Shown here: positions 1-9,526 of the stretch, in pieces
Layout: each line of letters starts with the position of its first letter
Numbering within the stretch: position 1 is the first letter of the stretch
Source of the DNA: an uncultured Candidatus Saccharibacteria bacterium
GTDB taxonomy: Bacteria > Patescibacteriota > Minisyncoccia > Phycocordibacterales > UBA9973
NCBI GenBank assembly: GCA_964482735.1
Contig: CAYZYV010000002.1
Span: 86,061 to 150,060, forward strand
Length of the DNA: 64,000 bases
Reading direction: 5' to 3'
The notes under the pieces: generated by a model
The model's database searches: none
What the model was told of the DNA's origin: nothing
What the model saw: only the letters and a program-made list of their open reading frames with translations
Program-made: the position numbers and the translations under genes

Positions 1-477
1 GGGAGTTTAGACATAACAAAAGATATAGCCTTAGGGTTAAAAATATCACTAGAAGAAGCTGAAACAATCAAGATGGGCAATGTTATTGGTGGAGATTATT
101 CCAAAAAGAAAGTAGATGAAATAATAGAGGCTCGTCTCGATGATATGTTTGAATTGGTAGATAATAATTTGAAAAGAATAAAAAGAAACGAATTACTTCC
201 TGCGGGAATTGTTTTAACTGGAGGTGGCTCCGGGGTTAATGAAATTGAAAACATTGCAAAGAGCCAGCTAAAGCTTCCAGCAAAAGTAGGAGCGTCTGAC
301 TTTTCTCTAATAAATAAATTTAAAGTTCGTGATAATTCTTGGTACACAGCATTATCTCTCGCCTTGTATGCTAGTGATGAAAATTTTTATGATGCTTCTC
401 TAAAAAATAACATTCGTGAAGCTAGAAGTTTTTTCAAAAACGTCATTTCTCGTTTTTTCTCTCAACTTTTACCATAA
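1..477 (+). CDS. ftsA: cell division protein FtsA, C-terminal part (start lies before the window)
   Basis: Frame open from base 1 (GSLDITKDIALGLKISLEEAETIK); LPAGIVLTGGGS actin-fold motif; directly upstream of ftsZ. Confidence 0.93.
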   Translation, partial: GSLDITKDIALGLKISLEEAETIKMGNVIGGDYSKKKVDEIIEARLDDMFELVDNNLKRIKRNELLPAGIVLTGGGSGVNEIENIAKSQLKLPAKVGASDFSLINKFKVRDNSWYTALSLALYASDENFYDASLKNNIREARSFFKNVISRFFSQLLP

Positions 478-595
478 AAAATATTTTGATAAAGAAACAT
501 AATAGCGTTTTGTCAAATTTCCATTTTTTGGAATTTCTGTTATTATGTATTGTACAGATTTATTAATAACAATATGACATTTGTCTTTAAATTAT

Positions 596-1777
596 ATGCC
601 TAAATTAAATCCAGAGATAGAATCATTCGCTAGAATTAAAGTCATCGGAGTTGGAGGGTCAGGAAAAAACGCCTTAAACCACATGATTAATTCTAAAGTA
701 AGAGGAGTAGAGTTCATAGCCATGAACACAGACACTCAAGACTTACACAATTCATTAGCAGAAAAGAAAGTTCACTTGGGTAAAAACCTAACAAAAGGAC
801 TTGGAGCTGGAATGAATCCTGAGGTTGGTCGTCGTGCAGCAGAAGAAACTAAGGCTGAAATCCAAGACGTGATAAAGGGAGCCGACATGGTCTTTATCGC
901 ATGTGGAATGGGCGGAGGTACTGGTACAGGTGCAGCTCCAATCGTTGCACAAGCAGCTAAAGAACAAGGAATCTTAACTGTAGCTGTAGTAACAAAACCA
1001 TTTTCTTTTGAAGGAAATCAAAGAATGAAAATCGCAGAAAGTGGTCTTTCTGATTTAGAGAAAGAAGTAGATGCTATTTTGGTTATTCAAAATGACAGAT
1101 TACTTTCAGTATCAGACAAAGCTGTAGGATTTAGACAGGCTTTCGCTATGTGCGATGAAGTGCTAAAACAAGCAGTAGAAGGCATCTCTGATCTTATAAC
1201 TACACCTGGAATGATAAACGTAGACTTTGCTGATATTAGAGCTATCATGTCTGATGCGGGAAGTGCTCTAATGGGAATAGGTGTTGCTGCGGGAGAATCT
1301 CGTGCAGAGAAAGCGGCTTTTGCTGCCATTAATTCCCCTCTTCTTGATTTGTCTATATCAGGAGCTAAGGGTGTTTTGTTCGCTATCGCTGGTGGAGAAG
1401 ATATGTCTATAATTGAAATACAAGAAGCTGCAAAAGTCATTACAGAATCTATCGATAAAGATGCAAAAGTCATATTTGGAACTATTCAAGACGAAAGACT
1501 AAAGAAAGGAGAAATCAAGGTCACTGTAATTGCTACAGGCTTCCCTACTGATATGCCCAAAAGATCATTATTTCAAATGACCCCAAAGCCACAAACAGTT
1601 GAACAACCTCTTTCTTCTCTAACTAAAGAAGATGTCATGCAAGCAATAAAAGAAACTCCTAAGACAGAAACAAAAGAAGTTTCAAAAGTAAAAGAAACTA
1701 TAGAGGATGATCTATTTGTTGATGACACAGATGATTGGAGCACTGTTCCAGCTTTCTTAAGAAGAAATAAAAAATAA
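596..1777 (+). CDS. ftsZ: cell division GTPase FtsZ
   Basis: IKVIGVGG, GMGGGTGTG, INVDFAD and C-terminal VPAFLRR; ATG at 596 preferred over TTG at 581. Confidence 0.98.
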   Translation: MPKLNPEIESFARIKVIGVGGSGKNALNHMINSKVRGVEFIAMNTDTQDLHNSLAEKKVHLGKNLTKGLGAGMNPEVGRRAAEETKAEIQDVIKGADMVFIACGMGGGTGTGAAPIVAQAAKEQGILTVAVVTKPFSFEGNQRMKIAESGLSDLEKEVDAILVIQNDRLLSVSDKAVGFRQAFAMCDEVLKQAVEGISDLITTPGMINVDFADIRAIMSDAGSALMGIGVAAGESRAEKAAFAAINSPLLDLSISGAKGVLFAIAGGEDMSIIEIQEAAKVITESIDKDAKVIFGTIQDERLKKGEIKVTVIATGFPTDMPKRSLFQMTPKPQTVEQPLSSLTKEDVMQAIKETPKTETKEVSKVKETIEDDLFVDDTDDWSTVPAFLRRNKK

Positions 1778-1894
1778 TTTAATCTATTTTTAACGATTAA
1801 ATAAAAATATGTTATACTGAGAAAACCATAAATATCATTTATGGTTTTCTTTTATTAGCTTATTCGCTAGAAAAACTAGCAATTATAGATTATT

Positions 1895-2818
1895 ATGTAC
1901 GATTTAATTATTTTAGGAGGAGGACCTGCAGGTAGTGGAGCCGCCGTATATGCAGCTCGCAAATTATTAAAGACAGCCGTTATTGCTACTGAATTTGGTG
2001 GACAATCTTCTGTTTCTGAGACTATTTATAACTGGATAGGCACCAAGGAGATATCAGGTAACGATCTCGCTCTTAAATTAAGAGACCATGTTGTTTCTTA
2101 TAAAAGTGAGAACTTTGATGTATTTGAGGGAGAAAAAATAAAAGAAATCATAAAAGAAAATTCATTTTTTAAAGTAATCACAGAATCCGGAAAAGATTTT
2201 TCTACTAAAGCTATTATTATTACTACTGGTAGTGGAAGAAGAAAACTAAGTGTCCCCGGAGCAGTTGAATATGAAGGCAAAGGAATCACCTACTGTGCCT
2301 CTTGTGATGGACCAATGTTTACAGATATGGATGTTGTGGTTATCGGAGGAGGAAATTCTGGTTTTGAAACAGCCATGCAACTTGTCGCTTATTGTAAAAC
2401 TGTAACTTTAATAGGATCTAGCCCAGACTTCAAGGCTGATAAAATTACAATTCAAAAAATTTCAGATAATCCAAAATTCAAGTCTATAAAGAATGCCGAA
2501 GTATTAAAGGTGGATGGTGATAAATTTATACAATCCTTAACTTATAAAGATAAGGAAACTAGCGAAGAAAAAACAATTTTAGCAAACGGAGTATTTGTCG
2601 AAATTGGACAAATACCAAATACTGGTTTTGCTAAGGATATAGTAGAATTAGATCAGTTTGGAAAAATTATTGTTGACCCTATGACCCAAGCAACTTCATG
2701 CCCTGGAATATGGGCTGCCGGAGATTGTGCTAATGGTAAATACCATCAAAATAACATAGCCGTCGGTGACGCTGTCAAAGCCATAGAGGATGCTTATATT
2801 TGGATAAAAAATAAATAA
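1895..2818 (+). CDS. trxB: thioredoxin reductase / AhpF-like FAD oxidoreductase
   Basis: GGGPAG FAD motif, redox CASC, GGGNSG NAD(P)H motif, GIWAAGD. Confidence 0.85.
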   Translation: MYDLIILGGGPAGSGAAVYAARKLLKTAVIATEFGGQSSVSETIYNWIGTKEISGNDLALKLRDHVVSYKSENFDVFEGEKIKEIIKENSFFKVITESGKDFSTKAIIITTGSGRRKLSVPGAVEYEGKGITYCASCDGPMFTDMDVVVIGGGNSGFETAMQLVAYCKTVTLIGSSPDFKADKITIQKISDNPKFKSIKNAEVLKVDGDKFIQSLTYKDKETSEEKTILANGVFVEIGQIPNTGFAKDIVELDQFGKIIVDPMTQATSCPGIWAAGDCANGKYHQNNIAVGDAVKAIEDAYIWIKNK

Positions 2819-2820
2819 GT

Positions 2821-2852
2821 TAAAAAAATCTCCCATGTGGGAGATTTTTTTA
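2821..2852. terminator. bidirectional intrinsic terminator
   Basis: AAAAAAATCTCCCA-TG-TGGGAGATTTTTTT hairpin between convergent units. Confidence 0.8.
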
Positions 2853-2856
2853 ACAT

Positions 2857-3036
2857 CAGTGCACGACAGAGGACCGTGAGTACACTTTTCGAAACTTACA
2901 GTTTCAGTACACCTTTCGCAATTTGAGGAATTATTAAATTCCCCAAATTAAGCTCAAGGTCTTCGAATCCTCTACGCAAGCAAAACAGTTTGCTTGCTAT
3001 CGCACATAAAAACTCTTCCAAGAAGAGTTTTTTCAG
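2857..3036 (-). repeat. tRNA-Val 3' palindromic tail element
   Basis: 2857-2873 matches 3034-3050 at 15/17; 2962-2974 is an inverted copy of the T-loop/3' stem; CCGTGAGTACACTT is shared with the tRNA-Glu tail. Confidence 0.8.
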
Positions 3037-3109
3037 TGCGCGATAGAGGATTCGAACCTCTGACATCGTCAACGTCAATGACGCGCTCTACCAACTGAGC
3101 TAACCGCGC
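3037..3109 (-). tRNA. tRNA-Val (GAC)
   Basis: Cloverleaf; anticodon arm CGTCA-TTGACGT-TGACG; GGTTCGAATCC; CCA not encoded. Confidence 0.96.
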
Positions 3110-3128
3110 AAAACATTTTATATCCAAA

Positions 3129-3244
3129 GCGGAGGGTACAGGATTTGGTCACGCATAATTTTCTGCTGAAAATTTGCGCTACCCCGACTCGCGCCGCCGC
3201 GCTCCGTCTTTCAAATCCAGTCCTCGCGATACTCTGTATCGCTT
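3129..3244 (-). repeat. tRNA-Ser 3' palindromic tail element
   Basis: 3129-3147 identical to 3245-3263 (19 bp); core homologous to the tRNA-Lys tail at 56811-56876. Confidence 0.85.
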
Positions 3245-3245
3245 G

Positions 3246-3332
3246 CGGAGGGTACAGGATTTGAACCTGTGATCCCCTTTCGAGGATTCCGCTTTTCGAA
3301 AGCGGTGCATTCAACCTCTCTGCCAACCCTCC
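3246..3332 (-). tRNA. tRNA-Ser (CGA)
   Basis: Long variable arm; anticodon arm CCGCT-TTCGAAA-AGCGG; GGTTCAAATCC. Confidence 0.96.
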
Positions 3333-3464
3333 AAAAACTACTTTTCAGTATACACGCATTCATACCTCTTTTCAATAACTATTTATATTTAGTTACGCCA
3401 AGACAATTCTCCTAGAGAAGCTGTGTTACCTTTGGGATTTATTATTCTTAAACACTAGCAATTA

Positions 3465-4535
3465 CTAAACAGTCTCTTGTGAGCCAACATTACTAATGTT
3501 ATTCCACAGTTCTTTTTCTTTATTTACACTCTCTTCTAATTTTTGATATTGGGATTTAAAGTTATTAAACATTTCTTCTGTTATTGTCATTTTCTTCCCG
3601 TTTTCACTAAGATATTCATAAAGACCATCATTATTAATTTTAGCATTCATTATTCTCTCTAGTGCCCCTCTTTTTTCCCTAAAACCTGAGGCATACTCCG
3701 CAAGATTGTCTATCCTAATCCCCTTATAGTCTAAGCGCCTATCTTGTTGTAAATTATTGTATTCAGGATTTTGAGACAGCAAGCTGTAAAATTTTCTAGC
3801 GTCCTCGCTTGATGCAAAATTCATAACAAACCTAGTTTCCGTTCCGTCTTTATGTACAGGAAAAGTCTTTTCGTCATCTATATACTTAAAAGCTATTGGT
3901 ATTTTATTTTCGCTAGAAATTTTGAAGGCTAAGTCTCTCAATTTTTCACAATCCAATATCGAGACATCAAAATATATTCTTTCCTTTCCCCACTCAAATT
4001 GACCAGAGTCTTTTAGTTCTTTTGCAATTTTATTTCGATACTCATTCCAAAAGAAACCAATATCTGTTTCTCCATTTTTCATTTTAAATTCAGAAAATTT
4101 GTCTAGATCGGATGTTTCTGGTTTTTTCATAGTAGAAACTCCTAACTCGTTCTTTATCTCTTCTATACTTTCTTTATCTGATGACATTCTTTCATTTTTT
4201 TCTAATTCCTTGGTTTCTTTCTGTCTTAAATTTTTCAAAACCTTAGCTCTTTTTTCTTTTTCAGATTTTGTTTTTTCACTATCAGTATACTCAGGAATTA
4301 CCCATATAAAATCCAAAGTCTCAGAATTTAACCCCTTATATTGGGGTGGAATATCAAAATTTTCATCTTGAGTAATTATTTCTTTATTCTTTTCATCCTT
4401 TATACCCTTTTCTATAGCATCAATAAATGAAGGGGAAAGACCGTCTAAAACAGAGTCTTTAGATTCCCCGTTTAATATACGATTTATATACTCCTGCACT
4501 TTTTGTTCAGCTCCCAATAATGGTTTTTGTTCCAT
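3465..4535 (-). CDS. hypothetical protein
   Basis: 356-aa charged ORF; TATAAT 6 nt before the ATG; no family recognised. Confidence 0.8.
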   Translation of the reverse strand: MEQKPLLGAEQKVQEYINRILNGESKDSVLDGLSPSFIDAIEKGIKDEKNKEIITQDENFDIPPQYKGLNSETLDFIWVIPEYTDSEKTKSEKEKRAKVLKNLRQKETKELEKNERMSSDKESIEEIKNELGVSTMKKPETSDLDKFSEFKMKNGETDIGFFWNEYRNKIAKELKDSGQFEWGKERIYFDVSILDCEKLRDLAFKISSENKIPIAFKYIDDEKTFPVHKDGTETRFVMNFASSEDARKFYSLLSQNPEYNNLQQDRRLDYKGIRIDNLAEYASGFREKRGALERIMNAKINNDGLYEYLSENGKKMTITEEMFNNFKSQYQKLEESVNKEKELWNNISNVGSQETV

Positions 4536-4549
4536 AGTTAGATTATAAA

Positions 4550-6058
4550 TTATTTATCAATCAAGCTTTCCCCTGTCATTTCCTTGGGTTTTTCTATTCC
4601 ATATATTTTGAAAATTGTTGGAGCAAGATCGGCTAATGTTCCTTCTCGTATTTTTTCATTCATTCCAACTAAGATGCAAGGCACAGGATCTGTAGTATGA
4701 GCAGTGTGTCGAAGTCCTGTTATTTGATCTATGTTTATTTCAGCATTCCCATGGTCAGCAGTCACAATAGCAATTCCACCTCTAGCAACCAACACCTCTA
4801 GAACTCGTCCCAATTGAGTGTCAGTTTCTTCTATGGCTTCAACGATTGCCGGAACAACAGCGGTATGCCCAACCATATCTGGATTAGCAAAATTGATAAA
4901 AGTAAAATCTATGCCAGAATTTATCTTCTCAATAGCTTTATCTGCTACTTCCTTGGCAGACATTTTTGGAGCTTCGTCGTAAGTTTTTATATCCTTCCTA
5001 CTTGGTACTAAAATATCTTCTTCACTTTCGTATACAAATTCCCTTCCTCCGTTTAAAAAATAAGTTGCATGAGCAAATTTTTCTGTTTCAGCTACGTGAA
5101 CTTGCGACAAACCATTTTCTGAAATAACCTTCGCTAAAGTATTTTCAACGCCTATAGGAGGAAAAGCCGTAATGGTTTTATATTCATCTCCATAATCTGT
5201 CATCGTAACAAGCATTATGTTTTCGGTTAAACTTTTTCCAAGTATTTTTGTAGTCATCATTCTCGCCCTATCAGCTCTAAAATTAAAGAAGAAAACACCA
5301 TCATTTTTACTTAAGATATTCTTATTACCCTCCTTATCAAGACAAACAAAAGGCACCAACAATTCATCTATTGTTCCGTCTTCATATAGATTATTTAGAT
5401 ACTTAGAAGGACTGATTTCACAAGAATTTCCTAATCCCAAGAAAATAGCATCTTCTGCTTTTTCTAGCCTGTCCCAGTTTTTATCTCGATCCATAGCATA
5501 ATACCTACCAGACACACTTGCTATGGTCCCCAAACCTATTTCTTCTATTTTATCTTCTAATTTTTTCAAATAGAAACTACCGCTCTGAGGAGGGGTATCT
5601 CTCCCATCCATAAAAGCGTGAATAAATAATTTGGTGATGCCATGTTTTTTTGCACTTTCAATAAAAGCAAAAAGGTGTGAATCGTGGCTATGAATTCCTC
5701 CATCAGACAACAAACCCATTACATGTATTGCTGAATTATTTTCTTTTACATGATTAAATAACTTTACAAAAGATTCATTGTTTTCAAATTCTCCACTCTT
5801 TATTGATTTATCTATTCTGACTAAATCCTGATCAAGAGGTCTTCCTGAACCTATAGTCATATGTCCAACTTCGCTATTACCCATTTGCCCCTCTGGAAGC
5901 CCCACAGCAAGCCCTGAAGCCTCGAGTAAGGAATGTGGCCACTTATTCCAAATACTATCAAAATTGGGCTTTTTTGCCGCTTCTATGGCATTATCCTTCT
6001 TGTCTTCTCTGTATCCCCATCCATCTAGTACAATTAAAGCTACTTGTTTTTTATTCAT
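4550..6058 (-). CDS. gpmI: 2,3-bisphosphoglycerate-independent phosphoglycerate mutase
   Basis: LDGWG, QMGNSEVGH, DGRDT, GRYYAMDRD, NPDMVGH, TADHGN motifs. Confidence 0.97.
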   Translation of the reverse strand: MNKKQVALIVLDGWGYREDKKDNAIEAAKKPNFDSIWNKWPHSLLEASGLAVGLPEGQMGNSEVGHMTIGSGRPLDQDLVRIDKSIKSGEFENNESFVKLFNHVKENNSAIHVMGLLSDGGIHSHDSHLFAFIESAKKHGITKLFIHAFMDGRDTPPQSGSFYLKKLEDKIEEIGLGTIASVSGRYYAMDRDKNWDRLEKAEDAIFLGLGNSCEISPSKYLNNLYEDGTIDELLVPFVCLDKEGNKNILSKNDGVFFFNFRADRARMMTTKILGKSLTENIMLVTMTDYGDEYKTITAFPPIGVENTLAKVISENGLSQVHVAETEKFAHATYFLNGGREFVYESEEDILVPSRKDIKTYDEAPKMSAKEVADKAIEKINSGIDFTFINFANPDMVGHTAVVPAIVEAIEETDTQLGRVLEVLVARGGIAIVTADHGNAEINIDQITGLRHTAHTTDPVPCILVGMNEKIREGTLADLAPTIFKIYGIEKPKEMTGESLIDK

Positions 6059-6174
6059 CCCGTCAGAAGCAGGTCTCGGTCGTTATTATTTGTAACCAAC
6101 CTCTATCTGCTAATTAATTTAATAATGTTTAATAAGTTTTTATTTTTTATCCCGCAACCGAAGCTTCCTACGGG
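6059..6174. mobile_element. 116-bp miniature inverted-repeat element on the gpmI start codon
   Basis: Ends CCCGTCAGAAGC / GCTTCCTACGGG; flanked by ATTCAT at 6053-6058 and 6175-6180; homologous to 60429-60544. Confidence 0.8.
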
Positions 6175-6330
6175 ATTCATAGAAAAATTATAACATATTT
6201 AATATGAACCATAAATAAAATTTATTTTTGACTTTTTCAATAAATATGATATAATCACAATGAATTAGAGTTTTGGGTTGTTACTAGAGTTTATTTTTAG
6301 TAATTTCTAGTAACAACCTAAAACTTAAAA

Positions 6331-6912
6331 ATGAAAACAACAGAGAAACTAAGCATAGAGGAGATGCTTGATATCTTGACTAACTATTTTGGAGTTCACC
6401 CTAACATTCCAGAAGATTTTTTTGATTATGATTTCAATTGTAAAAATTATAAAACAATTATTTCAAAAATTAAGAATCGCATGGGGTTAAACAATAAAAT
6501 AAAAATCATTTGCTATGAGAGTGATGTATATCCATGCAATGACGATGTAAAATCTCCTGCAAGGATATTAATTCCAAGCAATGTTCCTATGATAGGAACA
6601 AGAATGTTTAAGGATACAACCATAACCATTGAAATTAAAAACAGAACTAGAAAAAATATCAACATTTTTACGGTAAGCATATGCCATGAATTATCACACT
6701 TGGTATTACATGGAGTAAACCACGAATTAAAATTGTCAGAGAAGGCTACCGACTTATGTGTTATGGTATTTGGTTTTAGTAATTTTGTTGAGAAATCAAA
6801 GGATATTCCTTTGATAAATATCGGCAATATGTGTTTTTCAATATCTATGGGATATTTATCAAAAGAAGAGATATCTACAGCAATTGCTTACTTAAAGAGC
6901 AAAAGACAATAA
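6331..6912 (+). CDS. hypothetical protein with HExxH motif (ImmA/IrrE-like metallopeptidase candidate)
   Basis: ICHELSH followed by EKATDLC; own promoter TTGACT 6228 / TATAAT 6250. Confidence 0.6.
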   Translation: MKTTEKLSIEEMLDILTNYFGVHPNIPEDFFDYDFNCKNYKTIISKIKNRMGLNNKIKIICYESDVYPCNDDVKSPARILIPSNVPMIGTRMFKDTTITIEIKNRTRKNINIFTVSICHELSHLVLHGVNHELKLSEKATDLCVMVFGFSNFVEKSKDIPLINIGNMCFSISMGYLSKEEISTAIAYLKSKRQ

Positions 6913-6918
6913 AAGGTT

Positions 6919-6950
6919 AAGACCGAATAATAGCTTTATTATTCGGTCTT
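6919..6950. terminator. bidirectional terminator
   Basis: AAGACCGAATAA...TTATTCGGTCTT hairpin between convergent genes. Confidence 0.75.
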
Positions 6951-6957
6951 TCTTTTT

Positions 6958-8121
6958 TTATTTTACTAAATACTCTTGGATGTTCGCTATGTGTTCTTCG
7001 TATGTAACTGCACAATGGGTATTTTTACTTTTGTCGTGAATGTAATAAAGGCAATCTGTTTTTGTTGGATTGAGTACTGCTTCTATGGCCATTATTCCAG
7101 GGTTAGAAATCGGATGTGGTGGTAATCCTTTGTACTTATAAGTATTAAACGGGGAATCTATCAATTTTTCATCTACTGTGATAGGTGCCCACCAACCACT
7201 ACCCTTGTCACCTCTTAGATATTGTAAGGTAGCATCTACTCCCAAGGCCATGTTTTGATCCAACCTATTCCAAAGTATTCCTGCAATAAGAGGCATATCA
7301 GAATTATTAGCTGCTTCTCTTTGGACGATTGAAGCGAGAGTTAAAGCTCTAGCCCATTTGATGTTTTTTGCAGTAAACTGAGGAAGGTATGCGGAAAAAT
7401 TTTCATTAAATTTATTAATTAATCTTTTAGCTACAAGAGCTGGTTCCTCTGCTATAGGAATTAAATAAGTATCAGGATAATACACACCCTCAGTATATTC
7501 TGTGCTTGTAGCAGTGTCTTTATTTATCCAATCTTCTTTTTGACTTTTAGTCCATCCTAAATTACTCATCAATATTTCTGCAATTTCTTCTTTTCTTAAA
7601 CCAGGTTTAATGACAACCCATTTCATATAAGGATTCCCAGTCAAAACTTTATTGAGTTGTTCTTCTGTCATATCTTTTGATATTTTGTAAGCTCCCGGAG
7701 TGATATCTTTTGTATTTTTGCTAAAGATTGTTAAGAGTTTGTTTTTATCTTTAGTATAACCACCATTATCTAGATTATTCGCTATAGCCTCATTATTAGA
7801 ATTCAAAGAGACAATAAATCTATCCGTACCAACAGGAAGAGGCGGTTCAACAACCTTTATTTCTTCTTTTTTAGGGGTTAAAGCTTCTGGTTCTTTTACT
7901 TCTTCTTTAGCTTGGTTGATTAGGGCTAAATCTTTTGATAACTCCTTTTCTATTTCTTTGGTTTTTGTTTGCACCTCTTCTGTTTCTGTGTTTTCAACTT
8001 CTTTTACTCCATTTTGGATTTCAGAGATTAAAGCCCAGACTATGAAGATAAAAGCAAAAACTGGAATTAACCATTTTGAATTTTTAAAAATTTTATTAAC
8101 TACTTTTGTGTTTTCTTGCAT
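6958..8121 (-). CDS. mltG: endolytic transglycosylase MltG
   Basis: EGVYYPDTY, LASIVQRE, SPFNTY..GLPP.PI.NPG; N-terminal membrane anchor. Confidence 0.93.
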   Translation of the reverse strand: MQENTKVVNKIFKNSKWLIPVFAFIFIVWALISEIQNGVKEVENTETEEVQTKTKEIEKELSKDLALINQAKEEVKEPEALTPKKEEIKVVEPPLPVGTDRFIVSLNSNNEAIANNLDNGGYTKDKNKLLTIFSKNTKDITPGAYKISKDMTEEQLNKVLTGNPYMKWVVIKPGLRKEEIAEILMSNLGWTKSQKEDWINKDTATSTEYTEGVYYPDTYLIPIAEEPALVAKRLINKFNENFSAYLPQFTAKNIKWARALTLASIVQREAANNSDMPLIAGILWNRLDQNMALGVDATLQYLRGDKGSGWWAPITVDEKLIDSPFNTYKYKGLPPHPISNPGIMAIEAVLNPTKTDCLYYIHDKSKNTHCAVTYEEHIANIQEYLVK

Positions 8122-8203
8122 TTAGATATTATACCATCTGTTAATTGATATGTTCAACCATTATTAAAAGCCACCTTAAGTGGCTTTTAATAATTTTGTT
8201 TAA

Positions 8204-8737
8204 TTATTCAACTACCGGAGAAAATGTAATACTTCCTTTGTTTTCTTTCATCATGATGATTAAGCTACCATCGTCTCGGAAGAAGTAACTTTCTGCATCA
8301 GAAAGCATGGATAGATAATTTTTTTCTTGAGCGTATGGATCTTCACAGGCTATCTGAGTTGAAGCTATATCTGTCATTGTTAAGCTTTTTTCAGCCAAGG
8401 TATAAGTTCCCATGAATTTATTACAATCAGTAGTTGTGGAGAATTTATCACCTTTAATAAAAGATAATATAAAATCATTAGGATCTACTGGATTTATTAT
8501 TTTATCACCATCATTTAAGTATGTTTCTTTCCATGACCATTGCTTACCCGTAAGAGTTGGGTCCGCTGTGTTTTTATCCAAATCTCCTGGTTTAACATCT
8601 TTGATAACTACTTCTTCTCCGTTTCCTGAAACCGCCAGATTCTCTGGAGTTTTGTTTTTGACGTTTTTAAAGATTAAAAATCCGACTAAAATTAAAACTA
8701 AAATGGCTATAATAATGTAAATATTTTTTTTGTTCAT
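8204..8737 (-). CDS. META (HslJ-like) domain membrane-anchored protein
   Basis: LTGKQW, TDCNKFMGTY, IASTQIAC pattern. Confidence 0.8.
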   Translation of the reverse strand: MNKKNIYIIIAILVLILVGFLIFKNVKNKTPENLAVSGNGEEVVIKDVKPGDLDKNTADPTLTGKQWSWKETYLNDGDKIINPVDPNDFILSFIKGDKFSTTTDCNKFMGTYTLAEKSLTMTDIASTQIACEDPYAQEKNYLSMLSDAESYFFRDDGSLIIMMKENKGSITFSPVVE

Positions 8738-8849
8738 GTTTGTTAAAAAATTAATTTATAAACAGACCTTATATAATTAGCTATATTGTATATCAAAATA
8801 TCCTTGAAAGCAAACATAGAACACTTCGTGTGCAAGGTCTATGTGGGCC

Positions 8850-9223
8850 ACAATAATTTGTTCGCCGTCGCTCACAAATTTTCCAGCCCCGGACTCAGCT
8901 GTTTTTCTTGCTAGAAAAACATGCTTCCGTCTTCACAAAAGCGAAAAAGACTGGAGCAGTCCAGTCTTTTTGAATTCGCGCTTTTGTGACCCTACAGAGA
9001 CCGCGAGTACACTTATCGACCTCGACTAAAACTTTTTCGTCAAAGTGGTATGCTTCGCATGTAAAATTTATGTGGTCACAAGTCACTAAATATTTTGCTC
9101 CAAGTCTTCGCAAAATATGTAAGTGCTCGCGACCCCAGCTCGCCAATTTTTCTGCTGAAAAATTATGTCTGCGCTTTCACAAAGCTAAAAACCCCAAGCA
9201 GTTGGGGTTTTCTTTACGCTTTG
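8850..9223 (-). repeat. compound tRNA-Glu 3' palindromic tail element
   Basis: 8983-9000 identical to 9220-9237; contains modules found in the Val tail (CCGCGAGTACACTT) and the Ser/Lys tails (TTTTCAGCAGAAAA, GGGGTCGCGAG, AGACGGA); left boundary approximate. Confidence 0.8.
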
Positions 9224-9295
9224 TGACCCTACAGAGAATCGAACTCTGATTACCGGCTTGAAAAGCCGATGTCCTAACCGTTAGACGATAGGGCC
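9224..9295 (-). tRNA. tRNA-Glu (TTC)
   Basis: Cloverleaf; anticodon arm TCGGC-TTTTCAA-GCCGG; GTTCGATTC. Confidence 0.95.
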
Positions 9296-9337
9296 AAATA
9301 TATTTTTTACTACTGTATTCTGTATTGCTATTATCTT

Positions 9338-9392
9338 GGCTTTTCAAAAAGCCGATGTCCGCTATTTTCTAACTTGGTTAGACGATAGGGCC
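9338..9392 (-). pseudogene. degenerate copy of the 5' half of tRNA-Glu
   Basis: 9347-9360 and 9377-9392 are identical to the tRNA; 11-nt expansion in the D-loop region; no T arm. Confidence 0.7.
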
Positions 9393-9526
9393 GTAAAAAA
9401 TTTTGTAAGCAAAATGTTTGAATCAAAATTCTTCAAAACAGCAAAAACAGTATAGCATTTTTAAATAAAAAATCAACTCCTACATAAATTAAAACACCCC
9501 GACCAACGTCGGGGTGTTTTTATTTA

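Noticed and set aside
2896-3326. ORFs 2896-3078 and 3075-3326
   Set aside because: They overlap tRNA-Val, tRNA-Ser and their tails; open frames arise from GC-rich RNA sequence.
8841-9249. Three short overlapping ORFs
   Set aside because: They lie in the tRNA-Glu palindromic tail and have no protein-like features.
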